Source of the DNA: Opitutaceae bacterium
GTDB lineage: Bacteria > Verrucomicrobiota > Verrucomicrobiia > Opitutales > Coraliomargaritaceae
Assembly (NCBI GenBank): GCA_051252375.1
Contig: JBPOFY010000003.1
Location: 416,001-480,000, forward strand
DNA: 64,000 nt
Direction of reading: 5' to 3'
Each line of letters starts with the position of its first letter. Position 1 is the stretch's first letter. Made by a program: the position numbers and the translations under genes. The notes below the pieces were generated by a model. That model was not told the origin of the DNA and made no database searches. It worked only from the letters and a program-made list of their open reading frames with translations. Shown here in pieces: positions 20,933 through 31,629 of the stretch.

Positions 20933-23344
20933 TTACTCCGAAGGAATGAGTCCTTGGAAGAGACTGCTGCTGACGTAGATCTTGTAGTCTTTGATTTTGC
21001 CTGGGTTGGCTCCGTTGCGGGGGAGATAGCGTAAGGTGCGGAATTTCTGAACCTTGCCTAGATCGATGACGATTTGGTGTGGGTGAGGGGAGTTCGCGCC
21101 CTTGCCGGTGTATTGCGTGTGCCAGAAGGTGACGGGTTGGTTGTCCATGACGTTGCTGGCTGATGTGGGCTCGGCAATAATCTCTTCGCTGTCGGCATAG
21201 ATGACCTGCCAGTTGTCGCGGTCTAGCCAGTTGTCCTTGTCGTCGATCAAGTGGATTTCGGCAATCGTGGCGTGCTTATCGTTGGAGTGTGAACTGAGCG
21301 CTTCGATACAGACGTAGCGTGCTTCGATGGTTTGACCGAAGTCGACGAGTTGCGCGTCGTCGCCATTCTGGAATTTGCCGTGGGCGATGGCCTTTTGGTT
21401 GGCGAGCTGGATGGTTTCACCTTCCTTGCGGTTGTAGCTGAGGTTGGGGTCGACTTGTAATCCGTAGATCATTTCGGTCACGCCTTTGATGCTGTGGTGC
21501 CCGGTCGGCTCGATATCCATGACGATGACTTCGTTGGCACCTTCTTTCATCCAGCAGCCTGGCATGTAGAGTGTGTATTGAGGGCCGATCGCCCAAAAGC
21601 GACCTAAGTTGATGCCGTTGACCCAGACCATGCACTTGCCCCAGCCAGTCATGTCGAGGTAGGTGTCGCCGACGGTATCGACGTTGAACTCGCCGCGATA
21701 AAAGACCGGAAAAGGAGACGCTTCGGCTGGCGCATCGCTAAATTGCAGGCTCGCAATGTCGTCCAATTCCAGCGGGAAGGTGCGGATGTTCCAACCCAGC
21801 ACCGGTTGGTTATTTAATGTGACATCGCCGAGACCTTTGCGATCGGTCATGAGCTCGCGGGCGTAGTTGAGGTGCCCCATGTTTTCGAGCAGGATGTCGA
21901 GTTGCACTTTACCAGCGGGTAGGGCAATCGTTGTGCTGCTTTGTTTGATGCGACGGTCCAATGTGGCGACACGCTCACCGTTGACGATGATGATGGCGCG
22001 GTCCTTAAGAGCGCTGAAAGCGAGCTTATGTTCACCGGATTTTTTAACGGTCAGTTCTGTGCTGTAGATGGCAAGCCCCTGATTTTGGTCGAGCGCTTCC
22101 ATGTGTGGTGGGACCTTGGTAATGAACGGATCCTTTGCCAGTTGTTTGAATGCCGCTGTCTGTGTGAGCGTAAACTCAGGCACTTCTATACGATGGATCT
22201 GTGCAGGAGCTTCCGGCAACTCGTAGTCGGTGGGCAGATACTTTTTGATGGTATCGCGGAAGATGTAGAATTTCTCGGTGATACGGCCGGTTTCATCCAT
22301 TGGGGAGTCGTAGTCGTAGCTGGTGGTGTCTGCGCTGTATTGGCCGGAAGACCAGTTGGCACCAGAGTTGAACCCGAAGTTGGTGCCGCCATGCAGCATG
22401 TAAACGTTGAAGGAAACGCTGTTCTCTAGCATCCAGTCGATCTGCTTAATGAACGGTGCGAGTGCTTTCGTGTGGTGCTTGGAGCCCCAGTGGTCGAACC
22501 AGCCGACCCAGTATTCGCCACACATTCTAGGCATGCCCGGATACTCTTTGTCGAAAAATGCGAAAGCGGAGTCTGCGCCACCACCGAAATTCATCGTGGT
22601 GTAAACGCCGTCGATGTGAGCCGTGCCAATCGTTTTCTTTTTAGGCCAGTCGCAGCGGATGAACATGGTGTCAAATCCGGCATCCACGAGCTGGTCGTAG
22701 ATCGCGCGGTTGTAGGCCATGTCGTCCTTGTTTCCGGGGCGACCGAATTGACCGTATTCGTTTTCTACCTGCACTTGAATGATGGGACCGCCGTGTGTGA
22801 CTTGCAGGTCTTTGAGTTGTTCGCCGACTGCCTTCATGTAGCGCGCAGTGGCTTCGAGGAATTTAGGATCATTGGTGCGCACCTGCATTTCAGGATCCTT
22901 GAGCAACCACGCTGGCATACCACCAAAGTCCCACTCCGAGCAGATGTATGGACCTGGGCGAACGATCACCCACATGCCTTCCTCTTGGCAGACGCGCATG
23001 AATTCGGCGATGTCTAGGTTGCCGGTGAAGTCGAACACGCCGGGTGACTTCTCGTGGGCATTCCAAAAAATGTAGGTGCCGATACAATTGAAGCCCATCG
23101 CTTTGGCTTTGCGGATACGGTCGCGCCAGTATGCACGGGGCACGCGGGGGTAGTGGACGGAGCCGGAAATAATGACTGCGGGCTGATCATCAAAAGTGAA
23201 GTGTCCTCCGGATTCGCCAAAGACGGGCTGCTTTTCGCCTACTGGATTCGGTCTTGGTGGCATCGGTAGAGTTTTGCCCACGGCAGCATGCACGCTGCAG
23301 AGTAATGTAACTAAGAGGGTCACTGTTTTTAGTTTTTGGAGCAT
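20933..23344 (-). CDS. GH35 beta-galactosidase with C-terminal F5/8 (CBM32-like) domain
   Basis: SGSVHYPRVPRAYWRDR, RPGPYICSEW, QVENEYG (acid/base), GEYWVGWFDHWG (nucleophile), YMLHGGTNFG, TSYDYD; C-terminal TFWHT..PHQIVIDLG..LRYLPR. Confidence 0.93.
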   Translation of the reverse strand: MLQKLKTVTLLVTLLCSVHAAVGKTLPMPPRPNPVGEKQPVFGESGGHFTFDDQPAVIISGSVHYPRVPRAYWRDRIRKAKAMGFNCIGTYIFWNAHEKSPGVFDFTGNLDIAEFMRVCQEEGMWVIVRPGPYICSEWDFGGMPAWLLKDPEMQVRTNDPKFLEATARYMKAVGEQLKDLQVTHGGPIIQVQVENEYGQFGRPGNKDDMAYNRAIYDQLVDAGFDTMFIRCDWPKKKTIGTAHIDGVYTTMNFGGGADSAFAFFDKEYPGMPRMCGEYWVGWFDHWGSKHHTKALAPFIKQIDWMLENSVSFNVYMLHGGTNFGFNSGANWSSGQYSADTTSYDYDSPMDETGRITEKFYIFRDTIKKYLPTDYELPEAPAQIHRIEVPEFTLTQTAAFKQLAKDPFITKVPPHMEALDQNQGLAIYSTELTVKKSGEHKLAFSALKDRAIIIVNGERVATLDRRIKQSSTTIALPAGKVQLDILLENMGHLNYARELMTDRKGLGDVTLNNQPVLGWNIRTFPLELDDIASLQFSDAPAEASPFPVFYRGEFNVDTVGDTYLDMTGWGKCMVWVNGINLGRFWAIGPQYTLYMPGCWMKEGANEVIVMDIEPTGHHSIKGVTEMIYGLQVDPNLSYNRKEGETIQLANQKAIAHGKFQNGDDAQLVDFGQTIEARYVCIEALSSHSNDKHATIAEIHLIDDKDNWLDRDNWQVIYADSEEIIAEPTSASNVMDNQPVTFWHTQYTGKGANSPHPHQIVIDLGKVQKFRTLRYLPRNGANPGKIKDYKIYVSSSLFQGLIPSE

Positions 23345-23352
23345 AATAAATT

Positions 23353-25341
23353 TTAGTTTTGAGGTTCCCATTTTAAATCACGAAAGACGTCGCGGGCGAG
23401 TTTGGGTTGTCCAAGCTCATTGTAAAGTCCCATGCGGGACCAGCCATTAGAGTGTTCGTTGCCTGTATAAGTTTTGCGCGAGCGATAGTCGAGCAAGAGC
23501 CAGATTGTATAGCCCGATAATGGTGGCATGTGCTGAGTGAGCACTTCGTGTTGTCGGCGGAGTAAGTCGGCATGCCAATCTTCTGTGCTTACCTTATCTT
23601 TTGGACCGCGCCAGCCGTGGTAGGACCACGCACCGTTCTCCATAATGATGAGCGGTTTGTTCGGGTTTTGCTCAGTGGCTTCGCGCATGTCTGGGTCGAG
23701 GTCTTCGAACGGGTCCATCGCGCCGCGATATTCGTTGAAGCCGACCGCATCGGCATATTCAAATTTTGGCTGACCTTTTGTCGGGTGCCACGCCGCCCAA
23801 GTGATGGGGCGCTTTTGCCAGTCGAGCTGTTTGGCGATCGCGTTTCCGGCTTTGAGGAAATCTTCATATTCTGGGCAAAATTGGTGCGCTTCGTTATGTG
23901 TGCCCCAGAGCACGACAGACGGGTGGTTCATGAGGTCCCACACTGCGCAACGTTCGAGTGAATGATAGATCGATCGATCGTCCTGGCTTTGAGCGCGCAT
24001 GGACTTTTCATTATACCAGAAGCCGCCCCATTCTCCGCAAATAAGGACGCCGAGTTTGTCCGCCAGTTCATAGACGTAGGGAGCGCGCTGCCGGACATGC
24101 AGGCGGATGAAGTTGGCGTCGGCCTCTTTACTCAGGCGAAAGTAATCTTCGTGATCTTTTTCGGTGAGTGCATGACCGCGTTCCGGATGCTCTTCGTAGA
24201 AGGAGACGCCCTTAAGGAATATCGGCTTACCGTTTAGTTCGAAGCTCGCGCCTTTGGTTTCAAATGTGCGTATGCCGAATCGAGTTTGTAGGCTATCTAT
24301 TTGGCGCGTGCCTTCTTTGAGGGTGCTGCTCAGTTGTTGAATCGCCGGCGATTCGGTAGACCATTGCTTGGCGTCCTCTTTGATTGGCGCGGTGAAACGA
24401 AGCACGCGCTTTTGGTTTGGCTCAAGGCGAACCGTTTGCGGGGTAGGGGATGTGCCGATCGCGGCTGATGCGATACTGACTTCTACCGTGCGAACCGAAG
24501 TATTATAATTCTCAATACAGACGGCAGCTTCGAGGCGACCTTCAATCGTGCGTATCTGAGTCTTACGAATGTTGACTGCGTTCTCAGAAACTAGAGTGAC
24601 TGAACGGCTGATGCCGGCATACGGCCAGTTGTCCGGTGCTTTAGGGTGCTGGGTATGCACGGGTCTAAGCTCATCGAATCCCTTGCCGTCTTTTTTCGCG
24701 GTGTAATTGGTGAGCCGGATGACTTGCACGGCTAGGGTATTGTTGCCCGAGCGAATTGATTTTGTGATATTGACGGAGAACGGTTGTCCGCCGCCCTCAT
24801 GTTTAGCCAAGAGTTCGCCATTGAGAAAGACACGGGCACGTTGCTGCACACCTAAAAACTCGAGGCGATATTGGCGACCTGTTTCAGGACGCAGTGTGAA
24901 ATCTTTCCGATACCATGCCGCACCGTCGTAATGAGGAGGGTTGGTGACGCTTCGATCGCTCCAGTCCCAGAAACGCCCGCCTGGCATCATGTCCCAGCAA
25001 TGCGGCACTGTGACGGCAGTCCAATCGTCGATATTCCTTGTGGAATGCCATTCTTCAGCCATGCCTCGGGCCTCGGGATCGAAGCTGAATTTCCATGCGC
25101 CATCCAGTGAGGTGCGCATTCGATCAGAGCCGTTGGCGCGGTCATTAAAGTCGGGACGAATTTCGCCGTATTGCAACACCACGGGAAAGTCATCGATTAC
25201 GGCGGTCTCGATTTGCATGGCATGTGCAAAGTCTGGCGCATCGGCCATATCGTCCGCATGGACATATCCTGCTATCAACGTCGCGCAGATGAGTGCACGA
25301 CCGGCATAGGTAAATGGAGTGAAAGTTTTTGAAAAATTCAT
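23353..25341 (-). CDS. GH2 glycoside hydrolase (beta-glucuronidase/galactosidase-like)
   Basis: SLDGAWKF, YDGAAWYRKDF, VFLNG, GISRSV, FGIRT, LNGKPIFLKG, NHPSVVLWGTHNE, IIMENG. ATG at 25341 is followed by a signal peptide. Confidence 0.88.
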   Translation of the reverse strand: MNFSKTFTPFTYAGRALICATLIAGYVHADDMADAPDFAHAMQIETAVIDDFPVVLQYGEIRPDFNDRANGSDRMRTSLDGAWKFSFDPEARGMAEEWHSTRNIDDWTAVTVPHCWDMMPGGRFWDWSDRSVTNPPHYDGAAWYRKDFTLRPETGRQYRLEFLGVQQRARVFLNGELLAKHEGGGQPFSVNITKSIRSGNNTLAVQVIRLTNYTAKKDGKGFDELRPVHTQHPKAPDNWPYAGISRSVTLVSENAVNIRKTQIRTIEGRLEAAVCIENYNTSVRTVEVSIASAAIGTSPTPQTVRLEPNQKRVLRFTAPIKEDAKQWSTESPAIQQLSSTLKEGTRQIDSLQTRFGIRTFETKGASFELNGKPIFLKGVSFYEEHPERGHALTEKDHEDYFRLSKEADANFIRLHVRQRAPYVYELADKLGVLICGEWGGFWYNEKSMRAQSQDDRSIYHSLERCAVWDLMNHPSVVLWGTHNEAHQFCPEYEDFLKAGNAIAKQLDWQKRPITWAAWHPTKGQPKFEYADAVGFNEYRGAMDPFEDLDPDMREATEQNPNKPLIIMENGAWSYHGWRGPKDKVSTEDWHADLLRRQHEVLTQHMPPLSGYTIWLLLDYRSRKTYTGNEHSNGWSRMGLYNELGQPKLARDVFRDLKWEPQN

Positions 25342-25571
25342 TTTCGAATCGATGAGGCGCTTACATGGTCGAACAATAACTTGCACTGAATCTATACAGT
25401 AAATCGATCTATTGTTGGTATTATTCCTAGTATAGATACTTATTTAGAAATGTAGTCCCTTATTTACGTGGTAAGGTCCTTTTTATTTGGTGATATACTT
25501 CACTTGTTTGCTGACTTGTGATTAGGCGACCTCTCACTCTTATATCTCGTTTTAACATTTATTTTCTACCC

Positions 25572-27089
25572 ATGAGAACTTTACTTATCCTGATTCTGTT
25601 AACGGCACCTTTCGTGACGTCCTTGCACGCGTCCCTGCAGTTGGCATCTCCATTTACAGATCACATGGTGTTGCAGCGCGATCAAGCTGTGCCCGTCTGG
25701 GGCTGGTGTGATACTGGCGAGAAGGTGGAAGTTCGCTTTGGCGATCAAGTTGTCAAAACGATCGGTGAAGCTGATGGTCAGTGGCGAGTCGATCTCAAGC
25801 CACTTAAGGCATCCTTCGATTCAGAAGTGCTCACTGTTTCAACCGCTTCAGGTGAGCGCGTTGAATTGCAGGACGTTGTGGTGGGCGAGGTGTGGATTTG
25901 TTCAGGGCAGTCTAACATGCAGTTTGCCGTGAATTCTGTTCCCGAGATCAAGGCATTGATCCCCACCGCTAAAAACATTCGCACCTTTGAAGTGAAGCGT
26001 ATGGTCGCTTTCGATGAGCAAGCGCGCTGCGAGGGGGCTTGGAAAACCTCGATTCCTTCTAGTGCGGTGGCGTTCTCTTTTGCCTACATGCTCGAAGCGA
26101 AGGCGGACGTGCCAGTGGGGATTATTCTTACTTCTTGGGGGAGCTCCTCTCTGGAGGCGTGGATGCCGCGCGATATGGTTGAAACCGTCCCGCACTTTAA
26201 AACGATCATGGATGAGTTTGATGCTGACCAGGAGACGCGTTCTAAAATTGAATCCATTTTGAATGGACGGCAGCCATGGAGTCGGTCGGATGATGTCTTC
26301 CTGCGCCGTCAAACCAATATACTCTATAACGCGATGATGCACCCTTTGGCACCTTTTGCGTGTCGCGGTCTTGTCTGGTATCAGGGGGAGCGCAACACGC
26401 AGTCCATGCATGGTCTGGTGGACGCCCCGTTTTATTCCCGCAACAATTCGGGGATGTTGAAGTATGGTGATACTTTGAAGCAGTGGATTTTGCGCTATCG
26501 CCAAGAGTGGGAGAATGATGCGATGCACTTCCTAGTAGTGATGCTGCCGGGCTACGGTAAGTCGATCAACGGTGGTCCGTCGAGTGAGCCGGATAGCCCG
26601 GTTGCGCATTCATGGGCGTGGATACGGGAGTCTCAACTCAAGGCTTTGGATTTAGACCATGTCGGTGTTTCTAATAGTATTGATTTGGGGGATGTTAAGA
26701 ATGTGCATCCAAAGGATAAATTGCCGATTGGTGAGCGCTTAGCTTTGCTGGCTGCTCGCGACACGCTAGGACAGGCAATCGTAGCAGAAGGACCCGCGAT
26801 GTCGGAGGTGGTGAAGACCAACGATTCGTTGATCGTTCATTTTGAGAATGCTGCTGGTCTGTCGACAAGCGATGGTGCGATGCCTTCTGGATTTTGGGTC
26901 TCCGGTAAATCTGGGAAATGGGTGCGAGCTACGGCCAAGATTGACGGCGGAACTGTTGTCCTTCGATCCGAAGAGATCAAAGAGCCGCTCTATGTTCGAT
27001 ATGCTTTTGCCGGATATCCAAAGGTTAATCTGGTGAATGGAGCCGGACTTCCAGCGTATCCATTTCGCACGGATTCTTTTGCTCCGTAG
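25572..27089 (+). CDS. Sialate O-acetylesterase-like carbohydrate esterase (SASA/SGNH)
   Basis: FTDHMVLQR, GEVWICSGQSNM, WYQGE, DLGDVKNVHPKDK, VRYAF, LPAYPFRTD. Confidence 0.9.
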   Translation: MRTLLILILLTAPFVTSLHASLQLASPFTDHMVLQRDQAVPVWGWCDTGEKVEVRFGDQVVKTIGEADGQWRVDLKPLKASFDSEVLTVSTASGERVELQDVVVGEVWICSGQSNMQFAVNSVPEIKALIPTAKNIRTFEVKRMVAFDEQARCEGAWKTSIPSSAVAFSFAYMLEAKADVPVGIILTSWGSSSLEAWMPRDMVETVPHFKTIMDEFDADQETRSKIESILNGRQPWSRSDDVFLRRQTNILYNAMMHPLAPFACRGLVWYQGERNTQSMHGLVDAPFYSRNNSGMLKYGDTLKQWILRYRQEWENDAMHFLVVMLPGYGKSINGGPSSEPDSPVAHSWAWIRESQLKALDLDHVGVSNSIDLGDVKNVHPKDKLPIGERLALLAARDTLGQAIVAEGPAMSEVVKTNDSLIVHFENAAGLSTSDGAMPSGFWVSGKSGKWVRATAKIDGGTVVLRSEEIKEPLYVRYAFAGYPKVNLVNGAGLPAYPFRTDSFAP

Positions 27090-27390
27090 AGGCGTCGCTG
27101 CGGCTCAAGGGCACTGCCGAAGATGCTAAAAATTGCGACACTAAGGGTCGTGTGATTCGTGGATAAGTAGATATTTTTGGATTGGGGTAATTCCCTTATA
27201 GCGCATGAAGCAGGACGGTGTAAGTCGAATTCTGTAAAAAGAGGGTTGCACACATCTATGTGCGTCGTAGATAGTCATCTCTTCCCCCTGTTCCGCTGTG
27301 TTTAGCAGTCATTCATCTACTTTTAAATATATGGAATATTTGGCATTCACTGACCGGTGATTTTTCAGATTATTCCGTTTATCATCTTAA

Positions 27391-30300
27391 ATGATCTCTT
27401 TCAAAAGAAGCATTAGAATTCCTTTACGACAATTTGCACTCGCATTACTGATTGGTCTTTTCTGTGGCATCAGTCCGGTCTCTGCGCAGGTTAAAGAGAC
27501 CTTAGCTGATCAGATTCAGCGAGCGACTACATTGATTCATTCGCGTCAACTTGTTGAAGCGCGGCCATTGTTGCAGAAGCTGAAGAATAATGAGCAGATC
27601 AACAAGGAGATGCATCCGCAGTTGGATTTCTACATAGCGCTCTCCTATATTTTCGAATTCTATGATCGCGACAACAAAGGTGCGCTGGATACAGGGCTGG
27701 AAAATTTTCAAGCATTCCTAAAGGCATATCCGAAGGATTCCATGGCGCCTTTGGCTCGGTATAATGTCGCAGATATTTATGCCATTTCTAAAAAATTCAA
27801 AGAGGCATTGCAGTGGTATATCCCGCTCTATAATAATCCGGTCCCTGGAGTAGAGCGAAAGGAAGTCCTCAAAAAGATCGTTATGATCTATGTCGCCGAG
27901 CAAAAGTGGGAAGCAGGTCTTCCATATTTTGAGGCGAGTGTTCGCACCGCCGAGGATGCGACCGAGCGAACCACTTCTGCGGCCTACTTAATGATCGCAC
28001 TGGCTAAAAAGGGTGATCTAGGGGATTCGCGGCAAATACTTGAGTTCTTTAAGAACCCGGCTCCGGTTTTTTATACACCTCGTTTCAACGCCGCGTTGAT
28101 GGACGTCGGGGATCAATTGAAGGAAGAGGGCGACTTGCCGACAGCTAGTTTGTTTTACCAATTTGTTCGTCCTTATGAGACCTTGGAAATCGGATTGTCG
28201 AACCATGTTCGTAACTTAGAGCGTCGAGTCGCGAACTTGGAAGGCAATACGGTGATGCGTAACTTCTATTTGGATGCGAAGACTGAGTTGGACAACGCCT
28301 TGGCTGATTTGGCTGCAGTGAGAGCCTCTAAGAACTATACGCCACTTCTTCACTGGCGTATCGCGAGTGTTTATATGGACATGGGGCGTGATTGGGAGGC
28401 TTTCTGGCGTTTCCGATTGATGGTCGATAAGTATCCGAAGCATGAATACGCTGAAGATATCTTGTTTTCTGCTTATTCGCTCGGTCGTAAGTTAGATCAA
28501 TTGCCGATCGCTGAAGAGCTTTCTACTAAATATTTCTCCAACGATGACTATAAGAAGTATCGCGGCACAATTGCTGATGAGATGTCGACGATCTATCAAG
28601 AAAGAGAGATGTATGATAAACTGTTCGAGCTCACATACTGGTATGTGGCGCGTGAGGGCGGAGACTCTGCCGCAGCCTTGTTGATGTTTAAACATGGTAT
28701 GGCGCGTCTGATTCGTTTGGAGAATCAGAAGCTAATCGATGACTTTAGTATGTTCCGCAGTAAGCACGGTAAGACAAAGAATGCTGTTGTGATTAATTAT
28801 TTCCTCGGGCTCGGGCACTTGCTTGAGCAGGACAACCAAGAAGCACTGGATCGTTTTGAGGAAGTGATCGCAGATCCGAACCCACGCTTCCGCGCCGACG
28901 CGTCTTTCCGTAAGGCACTGGCTGTTATGGGATTGGATCGCATTGCTGAGGCCCGCGACCTGATTGTCGATTTCATTGATAAGTGGCCGGACAATCCGTT
29001 GCGCGCTCAAGCCGAATTGGTTTTGGGTAACTTGGTAGATATGTTAGGCGATTCCAGTAAGGCGCTGTCGCATTACTACCAGATTGAGCAGCATACCGAT
29101 GACGTGGGTCTTCTCGCTCAAGGAGAATTGAAAATTTCCATTATCTTGGTTGATATGGGCAAGCAGGATTCAGCCATTGAGCGCTTGGAAAAATTCATTA
29201 AGTCATATGGCAATGAGCCTGAAAGCGTGCCAGTCGTGAAGGCATTAGCCAATATATACAATGACATGGGTGAGCCCCGTTTCGCCCTGAATTTGATCAA
29301 AGACACGTTGACTCGTTTCTACACCTTAGCAGAGGTGGATCAAATCGATGGTTTCTTAGTTGAGTATATTAAGAAAGACCGCGAGCTCCGTGAAATGGAA
29401 GTGGTCACGAAGGCATTCTTTAAAGAGGTCGCAGAATCCCCCGAGTTGTTCCGTGAGTTAGTGGAGGATCGTGCGAAACAATACCGCTACTTCAAGGATC
29501 ATCCGTTGGTCGACGGCTTGGTGAAAGAGCGTTTTGTGAAAGACAATGTTTACCGAATGGCGATCACTGATCACTTCGCGATGATTGATAAAATGATTGT
29601 CCCGCCCGAAGGGATGCCACCTGTGCCGAATGCACTGGAGAAGGCATATGAATCGCACCCTGTCAGCGAGATTGATGTATTTGTCGAACTTAAGGACGAA
29701 GTTGACGCGCTCAATAAGCAGATGCCGGAGATACCAGCAGATACTTGGTTGAAGGTAGAACTCAAGAAGGCTAAGTCGGAAGGCAATGTCGCACTTGCGG
29801 TCCGTATTATGGCAGCATTTGCACGTGCGGAAGAGCCAGAAGGTCGTCCAGATATGACCACCATTCTGATACGTGAGAATGCTGAAGTGTGGGCAACCTT
29901 AGGTGTTGCTAGTAAGCTTTGGATCCTCGGAGAGATCGGCAGGATCAACCCCATCGAAGTCAGTGTTGTCCTTGAAGAGAATCGCTTGGAATACATGAAC
30001 ACCAGCGTCGAGTTGGAGATGTTGGAGTTGCATGCTAAGTGCTACCAGAAAATTGATTCGATTGATCAATCGATAGAGAAGTATAAAACTTTAATTAAGC
30101 GCTTCCCGACATCTCGTAACTCAGGTCTAGCAGCCCTCGAGATTGGTAAGATGGAAATCGGGCGTAAGCATTTTGATGAAGCTCGTGAGATTTTGGAGTC
30201 GTTGTTGCATCGCAATGAATGGCGGGGTCAAATGCATGGTGATGCCTTACTTTGGATTGGTCGTGCATATGTAGAGGAAGGCAAACTGCCCGAGGCGCAC

Positions 30301-30495
30301 GGTTTCTTTGAGCGCATCATGCTCGGTTACCCCGGATTTCAAGAACTATTGGCTCAAGGCTATTATGAGGACATGAAGGTGCTAAAGGCGATGGGTGAAC
30401 CCGAGAGCGTGAAGACCGTGTATGAAGCTTTTATGATAACTCCTGGTCTAGAAGACACTGCAGCAGCTGAACTTATCAGAAAGGAATTCGAATGA
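27391..30495 (+). CDS. Large secreted tetratricopeptide-repeat protein (1034 aa)
   Basis: Signal peptide (VSA-QV); TPR units (YPKDSMAPLARYNVA, WPDNPLRAQAELVLG, WRGQMHGDALLWIGRAY, AHGFFER). Colinear with 12144-15242. Confidence 0.85.
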   Translation: MISFKRSIRIPLRQFALALLIGLFCGISPVSAQVKETLADQIQRATTLIHSRQLVEARPLLQKLKNNEQINKEMHPQLDFYIALSYIFEFYDRDNKGALDTGLENFQAFLKAYPKDSMAPLARYNVADIYAISKKFKEALQWYIPLYNNPVPGVERKEVLKKIVMIYVAEQKWEAGLPYFEASVRTAEDATERTTSAAYLMIALAKKGDLGDSRQILEFFKNPAPVFYTPRFNAALMDVGDQLKEEGDLPTASLFYQFVRPYETLEIGLSNHVRNLERRVANLEGNTVMRNFYLDAKTELDNALADLAAVRASKNYTPLLHWRIASVYMDMGRDWEAFWRFRLMVDKYPKHEYAEDILFSAYSLGRKLDQLPIAEELSTKYFSNDDYKKYRGTIADEMSTIYQEREMYDKLFELTYWYVAREGGDSAAALLMFKHGMARLIRLENQKLIDDFSMFRSKHGKTKNAVVINYFLGLGHLLEQDNQEALDRFEEVIADPNPRFRADASFRKALAVMGLDRIAEARDLIVDFIDKWPDNPLRAQAELVLGNLVDMLGDSSKALSHYYQIEQHTDDVGLLAQGELKISIILVDMGKQDSAIERLEKFIKSYGNEPESVPVVKALANIYNDMGEPRFALNLIKDTLTRFYTLAEVDQIDGFLVEYIKKDRELREMEVVTKAFFKEVAESPELFRELVEDRAKQYRYFKDHPLVDGLVKERFVKDNVYRMAITDHFAMIDKMIVPPEGMPPVPNALEKAYESHPVSEIDVFVELKDEVDALNKQMPEIPADTWLKVELKKAKSEGNVALAVRIMAAFARAEEPEGRPDMTTILIRENAEVWATLGVASKLWILGEIGRINPIEVSVVLEENRLEYMNTSVELEMLELHAKCYQKIDSIDQSIEKYKTLIKRFPTSRNSGLAALEIGKMEIGRKHFDEAREILESLLHRNEWRGQMHGDALLWIGRAYVEEGKLPEAHGFFERIMLGYPGFQELLAQGYYEDMKVLKAMGEPESVKTVYEAFMITPGLEDTAAAELIRKEFE

Positions 30496-31616
30496 TCTCT
30501 ATTCCATGTAAAATCTCCGGTCTTCTAGGGAAGACACTCAAGTTAGGCTTTGTGGCGCTAACAGCCTCTTCATCACTTCTTGGGCAAGCGGGTTCGAGTT
30601 ATAAGTCGCCCGACTTTTCGAACCTTGAACCGATTCAATTAGAGATCGTCCAAGAAAGCGGTCCGCTCGGCGCGCGTTTCGTTCACCCGACAAGTGAGGG
30701 TGTTGAGATCGAAATGGTCGATGGTCATGGTATGATTATCGTGGGTTGGGATCATATGGAGCAATTCCAGATCAACAAGCCCATGACTGAATCGCTCAAC
30801 ATTGCGCTAGCTCAGCAGGATCCGAAGTTGAAGGCAGAGCAGTTGAAAGCCGAAGTGGTGCCACTGTTTCCATTGGCGAGTATCAAACCAGGTTCGACGA
30901 ATATTCACCTGTTGATTGATGCCTATCTGAAAGCGATCATTGAAGCAGAACGCTGGGAAGAGGGTTATGAGGCTTCTCAAATTACGGCACTGAATCGCAG
31001 TCCTGCATCGACGGTTCTGTATTTCTACTCCATTGCGGAGAATCTCTTTGTCACTGGAAGGCAAGAAAAGGGGTTGAAGTTGTTGGACCAATTGGTGGCA
31101 TCGCGTCCCCTTGAAGAATCCAGAGAGCAGACTTTGAAAGTCGCTAATCGTTTGGCAGATTCACGCTTATTTGAGCCTGCATTTAGATTGTTTAAACCGA
31201 TTGCTGCTCAAACAAAAGGTTTGGACGGTAAACTGGCTATCTTACGTGCTGCTTATCTTTGTCTAGAACTCGGCGATGACCAAGGAGCCGGAGATTATTT
31301 ATTTCGTGCCAAGGAGATACCCGAAGAGAGCGTTGAAAGTGAAGGCAGTTATTATTTAGTTGTTGGCGTGCGTGCTTTTCTCAATGGCGACGCCAGTCTA
31401 GCGCTCAATCATTTAGGGCATGCCATGTCATTAGTAGAAGCGGATAGTAGCTTGAAACTGGTCGGTCTCTACTTCACCTTCCTTGCTTATGAAAATCAGG
31501 AGCAAGCAGATATTTCAGTTAATATTTTAGATGAAATGAAGCTGCTATTCCCTGATGCCAGCTATACAAACGCTTTAGATAAAGAAACTTCAACCACTTC
31601 ACAGTCAGAGAACTAA
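30492..31616 (+). CDS. Secreted TPR-like protein (374 aa)
   Basis: ATGA overlap with the upstream gene; signal-like N-terminus; helical repeats ending EMKLLFPDASY. Positional and size equivalent of 11033-12157. Confidence 0.7.
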   Translation: MISIPCKISGLLGKTLKLGFVALTASSSLLGQAGSSYKSPDFSNLEPIQLEIVQESGPLGARFVHPTSEGVEIEMVDGHGMIIVGWDHMEQFQINKPMTESLNIALAQQDPKLKAEQLKAEVVPLFPLASIKPGSTNIHLLIDAYLKAIIEAERWEEGYEASQITALNRSPASTVLYFYSIAENLFVTGRQEKGLKLLDQLVASRPLEESREQTLKVANRLADSRLFEPAFRLFKPIAAQTKGLDGKLAILRAAYLCLELGDDQGAGDYLFRAKEIPEESVESEGSYYLVVGVRAFLNGDASLALNHLGHAMSLVEADSSLKLVGLYFTFLAYENQEQADISVNILDEMKLLFPDASYTNALDKETSTTSQSEN

Positions 31617-31629
31617 ACCATAATAACTC

